Below are positions 46,140-55,801 of a stretch of DNA of 64,000 bases, piece by piece. The position numbers were made by a program, and so were the translations under genes. Positions within the stretch are counted from its first letter, which is position 1, and each line of letters opens with the position of its first letter. Source of the DNA: Candidatus Pacearchaeota archaeon (lineage in GTDB: Archaea > Nanobdellota > Nanobdellia > Pacearchaeales > DTIR01); the NCBI GenBank assembly GCA_018303805.1, contig JAGVXL010000001.1, positions 110,208-174,207 of the forward strand, written 5' to 3'. The notes under the pieces were generated by a model that did not search any database, had not been told where the DNA came from, and saw only the letters and a program-made list of their open reading frames with translations.

Positions 46140-47033
46140 TTACCTCCATCTTTTCCTCACTCTTTGCTTAAAAAAGTCTACAAGAGGGCCTACAAACGAT
46201 TTTTCTGTGGGTATCATAACAAAATCAGCTTTTGCCTGCATGAATATCTCCTTAATCTGCTGCTGTTGCGCCCGGGCATATTTCTCATATGCTTCCTTGA
46301 CTAATGAAGGGTCAACAAGAAGGGTTTTGCCTGAATAGGGGTCTTCCAAAACTATCTGCTGTGATAATTGGGGCATATTCCTGTCGCGGGGGTCTGAAAC
46401 CATTACCCCAATAATCTCAAATTTTTGGCTTAAGATTTTCAGGCTTCTTGCCCAATTTCTTGAACCTATAAAATCTGAGAATATTATAAGCAGGGCTATT
46501 GACCCGGAAAGGCGCCCTGTCAGGGACTTCAGTGCATTATCCAAATCAAAATTGCCCCCGTAAATATCAGGGTCAAGCAATGTCTTTACAAGAAAATGGA
46601 GCTGCCTTGTGCCTGCTACAGGCATTTTCTCCTTGATGACTCTTTCATTGAATAATGCAAATCCGACTCTGTCGCCTTCTTTTAACATGAAATTTGCAAG
46701 TGCAGCGGAAATCTCTAAGGTATATTCGTTTTTCAGTTTTGGAGTGGAGCCAAAAACCATGCTGTTGCTCACATCTATCAGAAAAAAAATCTGCAAGTCC
46801 CGCTCTTCAACATATTCCTTCATAAGCAGCTCGTTTGCCCTTGCAGATGCCTTCCAGTCAATTCTGACTGCATCATCAGATGGGTTATAAGGGACATATC
46901 TGTCAAATTCAAGCCCCCTGCCCCGAAATATGCTCTTATATTGCCCGATTATCCTTGTAACCACGGTTTTCTTTATTGCTATCTCAAACTGCCTTATTGC
47001 TTGGGGGATATTAACATTAAGATACCTTTTCAT
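46140..47033 (-). CDS. DUF58 protein (MoxR-associated)
   Basis: RGRGLEFDRYVPYNPSDDAVRIDWKASAR is the DUF58 signature. Confidence 0.7.
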   Translation of the reverse strand: MKRYLNVNIPQAIRQFEIAIKKTVVTRIIGQYKSIFRGRGLEFDRYVPYNPSDDAVRIDWKASARANELLMKEYVEERDLQIFFLIDVSNSMVFGSTPKLKNEYTLEISAALANFMLKEGDRVGFALFNERVIKEKMPVAGTRQLHFLVKTLLDPDIYGGNFDLDNALKSLTGRLSGSIALLIIFSDFIGSRNWARSLKILSQKFEIIGVMVSDPRDRNMPQLSQQIVLEDPYSGKTLLVDPSLVKEAYEKYARAQQQQIKEIFMQAKADFVMIPTEKSFVGPLVDFFKQRVRKRWR

Positions 47034-47071
47034 TTTTCTTGTGGAACTCTTTTAAAAATTTCCCGAGGTAA

Positions 47072-48049
47072 TTAAGGAACAGGCACTTTTGAAAGAATCT
47101 CATTTATTATATCATCTGTTTTTATGTTCTCTGCCTGCCCTTCATAACTAAGCAGAATCCTGTGTCTTAATACATCTGGGGCAACAAGCTTGACATGCTG
47201 AGGAACGACAAATGTGCTTCCCCGCAACAATGCCTCTGCCTTTGCTGCTATAAACAGCCCTATTGATGCTCTTGGAGAGCCGCCCCACTCTATGTATTTT
47301 CCGAGATTTATTCCCTTGGGGTTCCTTGTCATGTTGACAATCCTAACTATATATTGTTCAACTGCCTTGCTGATGAAAATCTTCTTTGTGATTTTTTGCA
47401 TTTCAATAATCTCTTTCTGGTTTGTCCTGGCTTTTAATCCAAATTCCTCAAAATTTTTTAGAGTCATGTTATTCCTGATTATCCTCTCTTCGTCTTGTAT
47501 TGTAGGATAGCCCATCAGCAGCTTAAAAATAAATCTGTCAACCTGCGCCTCAGGCAAGGTGTAAACACCAGCAGTTTCAATAGGATTTTGCGTTGCCATT
47601 ACAAAAAAAGGTGGTGGCAAAGGAAATGTTTCCTTGCCGATTGTAACCTGCTTTTCCTGCATTGCCTCAAGCAGGGCAGACTGTGTTTTTGGAGGGCTTC
47701 TGTTTATTTCATCACCAAGTATATAATTTGCGAATATCGGCCCCTTGATTATAGTAAATCCCTGCTCTCGGGTGTATGTTGTAATGCCTAAAATATCTGT
47801 AGGCAGCAAATCAACAGTAAATTGAATTCTCTTGAATTCACACCCAGTAACCATGCCTAAGGTTCTGATTAAAAGTGTTTTGGCTATGCCTGGAACTCCC
47901 TCAACAAGAACATGCCCGTCAGCCAGCAGGGCTCTCAGAAGCCCTTCTATAATTCTCTCCTGCCCAGTAACCGCCTTTCCAGTCTCTTTCTTTATTTTGT
48001 TAAGAATTTCAGAGCAATATTTTATCTTTGCCTTAAGATTTTCAGCCAT
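47072..48049 (-). CDS. MoxR-family AAA+ ATPase
   Basis: Walker A GHVLVEGVPGIAKT, Walker B FFVMATQNP region and sensor motifs. 325 aa. Confidence 0.85.
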   Translation of the reverse strand: MAENLKAKIKYCSEILNKIKKETGKAVTGQERIIEGLLRALLADGHVLVEGVPGIAKTLLIRTLGMVTGCEFKRIQFTVDLLPTDILGITTYTREQGFTIIKGPIFANYILGDEINRSPPKTQSALLEAMQEKQVTIGKETFPLPPPFFVMATQNPIETAGVYTLPEAQVDRFIFKLLMGYPTIQDEERIIRNNMTLKNFEEFGLKARTNQKEIIEMQKITKKIFISKAVEQYIVRIVNMTRNPKGINLGKYIEWGGSPRASIGLFIAAKAEALLRGSTFVVPQHVKLVAPDVLRHRILLSYEGQAENIKTDDIINEILSKVPVP

Positions 48050-48247
48050 TTTTTAATTTTGATTTATCTTTTCTATAAGACTTTTTCCAAACATCCTCTT
48101 TTTCAATTTATCTTTCCGCGAAAAGCCGTGCTTTTTTTGGGCATGGAAAATTCGTGTTTTCCTCACCGAAGTGAGCCTTGCCTGATTTTCTCTGTAGAGA
48201 AGCTCTGCTTTCCTCTGCTAAGAGAAAGTTTTTATTTATAAAAGTTT

Positions 48248-51200
48248 TTATTTACCCCTTTTCAGCATCCTCCTTTGTGCATAGTGATAGATTAAATATA
48301 AAATGAGAAAAACAAATAATCCAGCCAAGGCAGGCAAAACAAGATCCTGTAATTTTGATTTATTTTTTATCTCAACTGTTTTGCCTTTTGACGCAACTGC
48401 ATACTTGCATGCCTGTATTGCAGTTTCAGAAAGTTCAAGCGATTTTTTATAATTGTTATTTTCAAATTCTTTCTTTGCCTGGTTCAGCACCTCCTGAAGT
48501 TCCAGGCATTCTGGATTGCCAAGCAGCAGCTCCTGGAGAAATATTACTTTTTCCTGGGCCTTTATCTTCTCCTTCCAGCCAATATCTACAAGATTTAAGA
48601 AGAAGCTGGCAGAATCTGTATAAATCGGAGATTTTGATGTTCCAGCGAGTATTATCTCATACGTGCCTGTTGCATTTGCGTTTGTGATAACTGTCATCTC
48701 TATATTCTCTTTTTGTTTTGTTGTAAGCTTGTCAAAATGCGTCTTGCTCAATAATACAACAAGTCCCGGCGGCAGGGTTGCTATTGAAAGTGAAATGTCA
48801 TACAAGTCTATGGAGCCATTATTGAGCACAGAAATTGGGACTATTAACCTGTCTTTGGTGTACATAGTCATCGGCTCTGGCATAATTATTTTCAGGGCTA
48901 TGGGTGTTTTTCTTGTGCTTCCGCCGCCCCCCCCTCCGCCAGTCGTTGGCACGGGCGTTGTTGTTGGGGAATTGACAGTCAGATTCACAATAAATTTGTT
49001 TGATGTTGCATTGTAACTTGCATTTTGGAAGTCTGTTGCAGTTATGTTGAAACATTCGGCAATTGTTGAAGTTGTGTAAAAAGTTGCTGCTAATGTTGCG
49101 CTGTTCAAAGTTACAGTCATAGTTGAGCTGTTTTTTGCTGTGATGCAATCGCTGTTCATTATGCCAGAAGAAAGATTTATTGAATGGTTATATCTCGCAT
49201 CACTATGGTCTATATCCGAGAAGTAGCCGCCTGCTGCTACTTCTGTGCTGCTATAAACACACATGCCTGAAGCGCTGCTTAAATCGCAAGTTACAGTCAC
49301 AGAACTTGTGCCGCTTATGGTTATATTGCTGATAGTGCCTGTGAATTGGGGCGGTGCGTTTGTATGGTTCACTGAAACATTCCAGGAGATTATTGTCAAG
49401 TTATTCTGCGAATCATAAACCCATGCTGAAATGTTGCGTGCAGAAGTATTAGTTGTTTCATCTGTGAAGTTTACAGCGTAAGTATAGGAGTTGGTGCTGT
49501 CATTGGACACCGTGGCTCTGGTTGAGATATTCTCAACACCATCAATCTTCCATGTTATATTTAGTGTATCACTGTTAGGGGCGTTTGCATTCTCATCTGT
49601 TGCTCTTATTTGAAAAAGCTTGCTTGAGTTTTCTGCAGTATTCACATTAAAGTCTGGGGTAATCCTTTCAAGTGTTGGAGGAACCTCATATTCATAAACC
49701 ACAAGCCTGAAAAGCGTTGAGTTAGTCAAGTTGCCTGAACCGTTTATGCCTGTGTCATAAACAGTTATGTTTATCCACCATCCATTTGCCTTGACATAAG
49801 TCTGATTTACTGTAAAGTTAACCTTTCCGCTTGCATTGCTTACCTTAAACCACGTTTCATTCGAGACAAATGTAAAATTCGAGTTTGCCATGGAATCGTT
49901 GCCATCCTCAACATCTGAAACATTTATATTAACACATTCTATACAGGAAAAATTGTTAGAGGAGTTGAGAGTAGCATTCATTGGAGAGCCAGTATAATCA
50001 AACAAAGGTGCATGGTTTACACCTGAGACTGTAAGTGTAAACTCTTGCGAGTCCATCTCTCCTGTTGAATCATTTACTGTTATGTTAAGGGTATGAACTC
50101 CAACGTCTGTCTTGTTGGGTGTGAAGGAGATTGTGGCTGTTCGGTTGTCAACTCTTGTGAAGTTCAGCTTTATTGTCGCATTTGCCCTATTAAACCAAGA
50201 GGTTGTTGAATTTACACTCCACGCAAGATTTTCAGAATAGAAGTCAGCTGCCGAGGCGTTTATGCTTAAATCTTCGTCATTTGCGGTCATAGTCAGGGAA
50301 AAAGCAGAATCTTCAGGAGGAGTTTGGCTGCTGATGGTGTAAAGAACAGGCGTTTCATTCACGTTCTTGATTGTAAAAGTGAGGTTTTGGCTTGAATTTG
50401 TTGCGCCTCTTCCATCTGTAAGTGTTATTGTGACAGAATAACCCCCCACATTTGAATCATTTATCGTTGCATCATTCATTGGTATATAACCCAACGCGCT
50501 TATCGCAAACAAGGCAGTGTTGTCAGAAAAGGTTATAGTATCTTGTTCAGCATCGCTTGCATTATTGCTAAGGTTAAGGGCAAAAGAAGCGCCTGTTCCT
50601 TCGTTGATATCAAATGTTGTTTGTGTAAGATTCACCCAGAATGGCGCAGAGTTGTTATAGACGCTTAAATTGAATAGTCTTGAATGAACAGAGAAATTAT
50701 TTGCATCCCTGACTGTTATGTTGATGGTATAATTCCCTGCATCACCTGAAGCTGGCGTGAATCTTATATACGCAGAGGTTGTGTTGCCTGCAGTTGCATT
50801 CCTTATTATTCTGAATAAGGTCATGTTTGTTCCAGGATTGTTTCCCCCTCCAGACAGCCCTGTTATGTTTCTTTCAAAACTTAAGCTTTCATTGTAACAG
50901 CCCTGACTGCAGCCCTTTCCCTGTGCTGGAATCCTTAAGTCATCATCACTTGCATTAACCTCAAGATAGAACTGCGCCTGCATGTAGGATTCAAAGCTGC
51001 TGTTTATACTAGCAAGAGCAACAGAGTCATTGACATTTGAAACATTGAAGTTTATTACTGTAGAGTTCATTCCGCCAGATGTATCATTTACAGTTAGGTT
51101 GATATACCACACACCAACAGCAGAGTCATTTGCAGTGAAGTTTATTCCTGCTGTTGAGTTGCCGCTTATGTTAGAGGTAAATCTTGCCAATGAATTGTTG

Positions 51201-52522
51201 AATGTGAACCATGTCAGATTTGTTGAGAATGTAAGGTTATAATCTTCATCAGTGTCATTTGCAGTAATCCAGCACCCAAAATTACTGTCTTCTGTTGTAT
51301 TCCGCAGATTGCCGCAGACTGATGTGATTACAGGGATATCATTGCTGTTTATGACTGTAAAAATGACTGTCTGGATTCTTGAGGCATTTGGAGACGCTGC
51401 ATCACTAACATTGAACTCTATGGTGTAATTTCCGACATCGTTATTTGTCGGGGTGAAATTTATTGTTATTGCTGTATTATTCCGCCAGCCTGTCAGATTG
51501 AAAAGATTGCATCCTGTTGAATTCCTGCTGCTCCAGTTTGCAGTAGTGCAGTTCACAAAAGTTGCATTAAAACTGAATGGTGTATTATTCTCCTCATCCC
51601 TTGCCTGAAGAGTGAAATTAAATTCAACATTTTCAGTTGCATTCATTGTGCTGTTGAGGTTCAGGAATACTGGTGCGTCATTCACTGCTGTAATCGTGAA
51701 GTTCATCTCTGCATTGTCCTGGGGGGCAATGCTGTCGCTGCATGTAAAAAGTATTTTGTCAACGCCATCACCAACATCATTGTTTGTTGATATGTTCACT
51801 GTCAAATTTCCAGTTGCTGTATTGAAGCTGAAATTTGTTAGTGTTGTGTTGGCAGCCACATAATTATAAACAAGGCTTGCAATGTCATTAAAATCGTCAT
51901 CGCTGCAGTTAGCGCTGAAATTATAATAGAAAATTGTATCCTCTGTTATGCTTTGCACTGGCAGTTTGCTGCCTGCATCTTTCGGGAAGATTGATGGAGC
52001 AGTATTGCTTATTGCTGCTGTTTCTGATGCATTTACTATGCTGTATGTCGTGTCTGTGCAGTTTACTTCAAATGTTATATCCCCCCTATAATTAAAACTT
52101 CTATTATACTGATACTGCCCTGTAGAGCCGGAATAGCTCATATCCTTCCAAGCTGTGTACACGCCTGTTCTGTTTTCATCAAAGCGGATTGTGCAATTTC
52201 CAGAGGCAATCGCAGCCCCTGAACTCTTGTTTGTGAAGTTCGCGTAGAAATAGATATTATACGCGGCAAATTGCTTGTTTGGGCATTGATACCCCATTCC
52301 TGCATAAGTTTCAGCGCATATAGGAAAGGTGTATTGTGCTGTTGAGTCAGTTTCATCCCATATTGTCAGATTGGCAAGAGAGGAGTTCACCGAAGTATTT
52401 GCAGAGACTGTCAGGTTTGAAATGAGAAACAATGAGATAAACAGCAAAAGAGCAAGTGATAAAATAGCATATGAAGCCATTCTTTCCCTGAATAATTTCG
52501 TGATGTAACGCTGTATTTTCAT
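48248..52522 (-). CDS. Giant (1424-aa) surface protein with many Ig-like repeats and NxT/S sites, a poly-Gly linker and a C-terminal TM anchor
   Basis: Signal peptide. Repetitive beta-rich segments heavily decorated with N-x-[ST] sequons. TTGGGGGGGSTRK linker encoded by a C8 homopolymer at about 48927-48934. C-terminal TM VLPALAGLFVFLILYLIY plus a basic tail. Confidence 0.75.
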   Translation of the reverse strand: MKIQRYITKLFRERMASYAILSLALLLFISLFLISNLTVSANTSVNSSLANLTIWDETDSTAQYTFPICAETYAGMGYQCPNKQFAAYNIYFYANFTNKSSGAAIASGNCTIRFDENRTGVYTAWKDMSYSGSTGQYQYNRSFNYRGDITFEVNCTDTTYSIVNASETAAISNTAPSIFPKDAGSKLPVQSITEDTIFYYNFSANCSDDDFNDIASLVYNYVAANTTLTNFSFNTATGNLTVNISTNNDVGDGVDKILFTCSDSIAPQDNAEMNFTITAVNDAPVFLNLNSTMNATENVEFNFTLQARDEENNTPFSFNATFVNCTTANWSSRNSTGCNLFNLTGWRNNTAITINFTPTNNDVGNYTIEFNVSDAASPNASRIQTVIFTVINSNDIPVITSVCGNLRNTTEDSNFGCWITANDTDEDYNLTFSTNLTWFTFNNSLARFTSNISGNSTAGINFTANDSAVGVWYINLTVNDTSGGMNSTVINFNVSNVNDSVALASINSSFESYMQAQFYLEVNASDDDLRIPAQGKGCSQGCYNESLSFERNITGLSGGGNNPGTNMTLFRIIRNATAGNTTSAYIRFTPASGDAGNYTINITVRDANNFSVHSRLFNLSVYNNSAPFWVNLTQTTFDINEGTGASFALNLSNNASDAEQDTITFSDNTALFAISALGYIPMNDATINDSNVGGYSVTITLTDGRGATNSSQNLTFTIKNVNETPVLYTISSQTPPEDSAFSLTMTANDEDLSINASAADFYSENLAWSVNSTTSWFNRANATIKLNFTRVDNRTATISFTPNKTDVGVHTLNITVNDSTGEMDSQEFTLTVSGVNHAPLFDYTGSPMNATLNSSNNFSCIECVNINVSDVEDGNDSMANSNFTFVSNETWFKVSNASGKVNFTVNQTYVKANGWWINITVYDTGINGSGNLTNSTLFRLVVYEYEVPPTLERITPDFNVNTAENSSKLFQIRATDENANAPNSDTLNITWKIDGVENISTRATVSNDSTNSYTYAVNFTDETTNTSARNISAWVYDSQNNLTIISWNVSVNHTNAPPQFTGTISNITISGTSSVTVTCDLSSASGMCVYSSTEVAAGGYFSDIDHSDARYNHSINLSSGIMNSDCITAKNSSTMTVTLNSATLAATFYTTSTIAECFNITATDFQNASYNATSNKFIVNLTVNSPTTTPVPTTGGGGGGGSTRKTPIALKIIMPEPMTMYTKDRLIVPISVLNNGSIDLYDISLSIATLPPGLVVLLSKTHFDKLTTKQKENIEMTVITNANATGTYEIILAGTSKSPIYTDSASFFLNLVDIGWKEKIKAQEKVIFLQELLLGNPECLELQEVLNQAKKEFENNNYKKSLELSETAIQACKYAVASKGKTVEIKNKSKLQDLVLPALAGLFVFLILYLIYHYAQRRMLKRGK

Positions 52523-52689
52523 TTTTTCTTAGCTATTTTTTTGTTGTTATTATGGTTCTTCCTCGGCCTGTCCCAGTAGGGAGACTTGCATTTTGGGCAT
52601 ACTTTCGGCTCATTCTCAAAATTCTGTCGCGGCAGCCATGCATGATTGCATCTCTCGCAAAGATACCCTAAAATCCTAGTTTTTCCCAT
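52519..52689 (-). CDS. Small (about 56-aa) C4 zinc-ribbon protein, translationally coupled to the giant surface-protein gene
   Basis: MGKTRILGYLCERCNHAWLPRQNFENEPKVCPKCKSPYWDRPRKNHNNNKKIAKKK. Its stop overlaps the ATG of the 1424-aa gene (ATGA). It is shorter than the ORF-track cutoff. Confidence 0.4.
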   Translation of the reverse strand: MGKTRILGYLCERCNHAWLPRQNFENEPKVCPKCKSPYWDRPRKNHNNNKKIAKKK

Positions 52690-52791
52690 TATACCCCTTT
52701 CTAATTCTTACCTATTGGTAATATACTAATTAAGTATAAACTTTAGTATATAAATTTTGCTATATTACTATTGGCTGGGAACTATGAGGCC

Positions 52792-55233
52792 CTACTTTAA
52801 TCTTCCTATATCTGAAAAGAGTTTAACTATCCTGTTGTAGTATCCCTTTTTATCTTTTGGCGGCAATGAATTATACATGTTTTTAGTCTGGTTGTAGTAG
52901 TGCCTTGCCAATGTTATGTCCTTTTCAGCTATTGCCTTCTGCGTTCTTGCAAGAAGATTATTCAAGTAAGCCCTCCTGCTTCTTGACTCTTTTTCTTTTT
53001 CTTTGGATTTAACAGCAATGAACTCTTTCCTTACGATTGCTGTCACTATAATCCCCAGAATTATTGTTATAATCCATGTAAACTGAAAAAAACCGCAGTC
53101 CCTTCTGCAGGAGAATATTTCAGGGGTCTCACATTTCTCGTCTCCACATCTTGGTGGCCTAGGATACTCCAGGGGGCATTGAGGGCATGGCCCGCCGCAG
53201 TCAACTGCTTCTTCCCCTTGGTTCCATATTTTATCTGAACATGTCTGGCAGGGCTTGCATGGCCCGCCGCAGTCAGGCAGCACCTCGCATAAACCATTAT
53301 GGCAGTTTAACATGCCATCATAACAGTCTGGCGTCTGCGAGAATGCGCAAGCAGTTATTTCTGACGGCTTTTTTGCTGCTGAACTGCATTTGCTTTTGTC
53401 ATAGCATGAACGTATCCAAAAACCGCAGTTCCCTTCAGGAATCCCTTTTTGGGAGCAATTTGACATTATCACATTATATAGAGTTCCGAGTATGTTTCTT
53501 GACTCTTCATTAGATATATTCTGGCATATGCTCCAGTCAGAGCACACCCACATCTCAGAACAGCCGCCACCTCCTCCTCCGCCGCCCCCCCCTCCGCCAG
53601 CTGTTGGCAAAGTTGCCGCTTGAAGCACAGTAACATTCCAATTGACGCTATCGTTCAACAATCCATCTGATGCATATGCGGTGATGTTATACTTTCCTGA
53701 ATCCCCGCGGGAAGGAGCGAAGGTATATGTGGAATTAACAATCACCTGTGTGCTGTTTTTATGCCAAGAAATTGAAGGCGTTGTGCCCTCGGGGTCGTCA
53801 GCTGTTACCAGGAAAGTTATGCTGTCTTCTTCATATATCTCCTGTGTTGTGTTGACGGGGGAATAAGAGGTTATATTTGGCGGGCTATTCACCATTGTTA
53901 CAGTGAACTGAACATTCTCGCAGTCATTCTTTGCGAAGGCAGTTTCGTTGCAGAATGAAATATTTGCTGGAGGGCTGCTTAAGCCGTTATCAGCCACACA
54001 TATCCTCACAGTATAAGTGCCGTTTATTGACGCATTTGCAGTGAAGTTTATATTGCCTGTTGTCTCATTTATGTCAAAGAATTTCGTGCCGCTTGTGAAA
54101 GTTGAATTAAATCTGAGCGTGCCTGGCGTATTGCCATCCTCTTCATCACTTGCAGATGCTGTGTAGTTGAAACTGCTGTTTATGTACACTGTTTGAGCCC
54201 CTATGTACTGCAGCACTGGCGCGTCATTTATCTTGATGATGTTAAGCGAAAAATCCTTGAAGTCTGTTGCCTCTTCATCAGAGACATAGATTCTTATCTT
54301 TGATGCGCCAACTTGCAGATAATTAGGAGTGAAAAATATCAAGCCAGTATTTTCATTTATCACAAAAATGGTTGTATTGTCATAATAGTGCAGAACCTCG
54401 TTCCTATATGCAGCTGGAACAAGCAAGTCACCATCACTTGCATTTGCAGTGTAATTAAATTCTGCATCCTCGCATGTCTGCAAGTCTGGAATTGCCTGCA
54501 GCAAGGGTGCATCATTCACATTAGAAACAGTAAAATTAAAAATACTTGAATTCTTGCCGTCTCTTACATCAGTAACAGTTATGTTCATTTTATGCAAACC
54601 AACATCTGAATCATTTGCAGTAAAGTTAATTAGTCCTCCCAAAGTCATATTGAAGGAAGGAAAGATTTGCGAAGTAGAATTATGTGTCATGTTAAATGTT
54701 CCATTGTCAGGCTCAACAACAAATGTGCTTAAGTTGGCTGTGAAAAGCGCATCTTCGGTAAGATTAAAATTCCTGGTGTAATTTGTCCAGTATGGAATGT
54801 TATTTGCTGCGAGAACTGAAAGTGTGAAGGCAGCAGAAACATTTGAGTTGTTGCCGCATACATCATGGGTCACCCAAATTTTGATTGTATGGTCTCCTTC
54901 CTCGGCATCAGTCAATGTAAAGTTAATCAAGCCAGTTAAATGGTTCATTGAGAAACTCGCAAGACTGCTTGGGGTTATGTTATAATAATAAATAGGGGTG
55001 CCTGAATCAGTTGCATTTACCTGATATGTAAAATTCTGCCCTGCTGTTGCACTCTGATTCTGAATTGACTCCAAGGTTGGAGGCCTGTCAATGCAAATGC
55101 TAACGCGAGCAGAAGCTGCTCTGCCTATCGTTATGTTCCCAGTAACTTTTAGCCAGAAAAAGAGGTGGCCCATTACAGAAAGAACTATGAATATCAAGAT
55201 AATCAGGGCGATTTTATTATTGTTAAATTCCAT
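52792..55233 (-). CDS. Large (813-aa) surface protein with Ig-like repeats, a (Gly)12 linker, a Cys-rich C-terminal module and a TM anchor
   Basis: Signal-anchor. Repeats with NxT/S sequons. GGGGGGGGGGGG encoded partly by a C8 run at about 53585-53592. The C-terminal approximately 150 aa are rich in CxxC. TM IITIILGIIVTAIV. Confidence 0.75.
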   Translation of the reverse strand: MEFNNNKIALIILIFIVLSVMGHLFFWLKVTGNITIGRAASARVSICIDRPPTLESIQNQSATAGQNFTYQVNATDSGTPIYYYNITPSSLASFSMNHLTGLINFTLTDAEEGDHTIKIWVTHDVCGNNSNVSAAFTLSVLAANNIPYWTNYTRNFNLTEDALFTANLSTFVVEPDNGTFNMTHNSTSQIFPSFNMTLGGLINFTANDSDVGLHKMNITVTDVRDGKNSSIFNFTVSNVNDAPLLQAIPDLQTCEDAEFNYTANASDGDLLVPAAYRNEVLHYYDNTTIFVINENTGLIFFTPNYLQVGASKIRIYVSDEEATDFKDFSLNIIKINDAPVLQYIGAQTVYINSSFNYTASASDEEDGNTPGTLRFNSTFTSGTKFFDINETTGNINFTANASINGTYTVRICVADNGLSSPPANISFCNETAFAKNDCENVQFTVTMVNSPPNITSYSPVNTTQEIYEEDSITFLVTADDPEGTTPSISWHKNSTQVIVNSTYTFAPSRGDSGKYNITAYASDGLLNDSVNWNVTVLQAATLPTAGGGGGGGGGGGGCSEMWVCSDWSICQNISNEESRNILGTLYNVIMSNCSQKGIPEGNCGFWIRSCYDKSKCSSAAKKPSEITACAFSQTPDCYDGMLNCHNGLCEVLPDCGGPCKPCQTCSDKIWNQGEEAVDCGGPCPQCPLEYPRPPRCGDEKCETPEIFSCRRDCGFFQFTWIITIILGIIVTAIVRKEFIAVKSKEKEKESRSRRAYLNNLLARTQKAIAEKDITLARHYYNQTKNMYNSLPPKDKKGYYNRIVKLFSDIGRLK

Positions 55234-55354
55234 CTTTTTTGTGCTCTATCAATCTCCTCGATATACTCCTATCTCTTGTCCACAGAGATTTAAATATTTT
55301 CTTGTGAGAATCCTGTTTATGAAAAGTGTTAAAGTTGGTTATCATGAAACAATA

Positions 55355-55801
55355 TCAGGTTTTCTTGAATATTATGAATATCCTGCCGTTAAATTCGCCT
55401 TTTTTTACATTCTCTGGAACAAATACCTCAAATGTCAGTTTTTTGGTTTCATTTACTCCAAGAAGAAAATTGTTTTCATGATTTAGAAATCTTTTTATGT
55501 TTCCTATCACAATGATTTGTGCAAACAAATCCTTTTTGCCCTGATTTTCCATTGTCAAAAATCTTTTGGCTCCACTTCCTGAAAAAATCCTGCCGAAATT
55601 AATAATCCCCTGTTTTTCCTCTCCAAGAGCAATGCCAATTCTGTCGCCTACCTCGAGTTTTGCATAGAGCACTTTAACATAATCTATCTTGTATAGAAGA
55701 TATACAATCTCAGTTACAATAATTGAAAATAATATTGCAAGAATAAATAATGCAATTATTTTTCCTCTGGTATATTTCTTACTTCTTTTTAGTTTTTTCA
55801 T
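55355..55801 (-). CDS. Membrane-anchored 148-aa protein, hypothetical
   Basis: N-terminal TM IIALFILAILFSIIVTEIVYLLY. Confidence 0.45.
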   Translation of the reverse strand: MKKLKRSKKYTRGKIIALFILAILFSIIVTEIVYLLYKIDYVKVLYAKLEVGDRIGIALGEEKQGIINFGRIFSGSGAKRFLTMENQGKKDLFAQIIVIGNIKRFLNHENNFLLGVNETKKLTFEVFVPENVKKGEFNGRIFIIFKKT

